From a virus (taxonomy: Duplodnaviria > Heunggongvirae > Uroviricota > Caudoviricetes): a DNA stretch of 6,450 nt. The stretch lies in IMG/VR virus record IMGVR_UViG_2698536403_000004. One strand, 5' to 3'. This document shows, piece after piece, positions 5,804 through 6,450 of the stretch. The position numbers were made by a program, and so were the translations under genes. The notes below the pieces were generated by a model. The model did no database searches, was not told where the DNA came from, and worked only from the letters and a program-made list of their open reading frames with translations. The stretch's first letter is position 1. Every line of letters starts with the position of its first letter.

Positions 5804-6160
5804 ATGGAAATAAAACCAGAAGATGAGTTAAGTAATATTGTTTTATTTCCGGTAAAAGAGGATGACCCACGTAATCAGGTTAATTTTCTTTATGAGCCAT
5901 CGGAAAGACCATATTGTCATCACGCCTCTGTCCGGGTTGACGAAAAAGAGCGTCAGGTCCGCTGTAAAATCTGCGGTGCAGTTGTGGAGCCATTTGACTG
6001 GATGCTCTCTGTGGCGAAAAGAGAAACCAGACTGGCAGATGATGTAAGGCTCTTGCGCCAGGAGGAACGGGAAAGGCGGAGAAATATAGAAAAGCTAATT
6101 CAGATTGAGCGTAACGCGAAAGCGCGGATACGCAGGGCGGCAAAATCAAGAACTGAATAA
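5804..6160 (+). CDS. Hypothetical protein (118 aa) with a possible zinc-ribbon (C-H-H...C-x2-C) and a basic coiled-coil C-terminus
   Basis: ATG at 5804 with AAGGAG 6 nt upstream (the track's GTG start at 5747 lacks an RBS); product MEIKPEDELS...YCHHASVRVDEKERQVRCKICG... Confidence 0.5.
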   Translation: MEIKPEDELSNIVLFPVKEDDPRNQVNFLYEPSERPYCHHASVRVDEKERQVRCKICGAVVEPFDWMLSVAKRETRLADDVRLLRQEERERRRNIEKLIQIERNAKARIRRAAKSRTE

Positions 6161-6245
6161 TTAAATTTAGCACTGTTAAAAATTTAATCCTTAACCGGAG
6201 GGATTTCTGCACCCTCAGAACATCAGGAGGCCGTTCGAAATGGCG

Positions 6246-6450
6246 GTAAGCGTGCAGCAAGAACCGTATTGACGGGGATGTGTTATTCAGTCGGCAGTGC
6301 TACGCGCCAGGGGAGCAGTTCGCCGACCCGGCGTTACGGTCGTCACGAACGTAGGTCCATAACCGCCCGGTCTTCGTTTTCTTATTGCCTGGCAACAGCA
6401 CCGGGACAGGCGTGTCATCAGCATGGAGCTTACCGTCAGTCAGCACATAG
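6246..6450 (-). mobile_element. IS66-family insertion sequence remnant: terminal GTAAGCG end at 6246 and an internally deleted transposase; continues past the window
   Basis: Minus-strand translation gives ...HADDTPVPVLLPGNKKTKTGRLWTYVRDDRNAGS, matching the middle of IS66-type transposases as I remember them, then jumps in another frame to a C-terminal-like tail ...ELLPWRVALPTE-stop; the plus strand carries GTAAGCGTGCAGCAAGAACCGTATTGACGG at 6246, consistent with the 5'-GTAA terminal repeat of this family. Confidence 0.55.
6283..6449 (-). pseudogene. IS66-family transposase fragment with a large internal deletion and frameshift (junction near 6315..6327)
   Basis: N-terminal/middle homology ends after RDDRNAGS (about 6324); the C-terminal tail is read in a different frame (6286..6327) and ends at the stop 6283..6285. 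Confidence 0.5.

Noticed and set aside
6198-6216. Hairpin GAGGG-n8-CCCTC after the last phage gene as a terminator
   Set aside because: Short stem, no following T-run.
5880-6260. Minus-strand ORF of 126 codons antisense to the 118-aa gene
   Set aside because: No RBS, overlaps a better-supported plus-strand gene, Leu/Arg-rich translation.
6240-6272. Ten-codon ORF MAVSVQQEPY with an AGGAGG upstream
   Set aside because: Spans the IS66-type terminal repeat; too short, and better explained as a chance ORF at the insertion junction.
1-6450. CRISPR arrays, tRNA or rRNA genes
   Set aside because: No regularly spaced direct repeats of 25-40 bp and no tRNA-like or rRNA-like sequence recognised on either strand.

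Overview
This window reads as the immunity and early region of a lambdoid (Rac-like) enterobacterial prophage, truncated on the right by an IS66-family remnant. All calls rest on reading the sequence and on remembered family features; no searches were run. Left to right: a leftward early operon on the minus strand (a partial 146-codon gene plus five small genes of 42-78 codons), interrupted by a ~570 bp ORF-free, structure-rich gap; a short HTH repressor (2275..2694, minus) flanked by candidate oL and oR operators sharing the motif TGGGTATT; then rightward a Cro-like YdaS-type gene, an overlapping YdaT-like gene, a small hydrophobic ORF, a 361-codon replication-type gene with internal repeats, and two small genes. 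Embedded in the rightward operon on the opposite strand is a 131-codon membrane-anchored protein gene with its own RBS and a perfect TATAAT hexamer (3720..4115). This is the best candidate for an undescribed accessory function, possibly exclusion or defence, but that is inference from position and topology only. No tRNA, rRNA or CRISPR array was seen.
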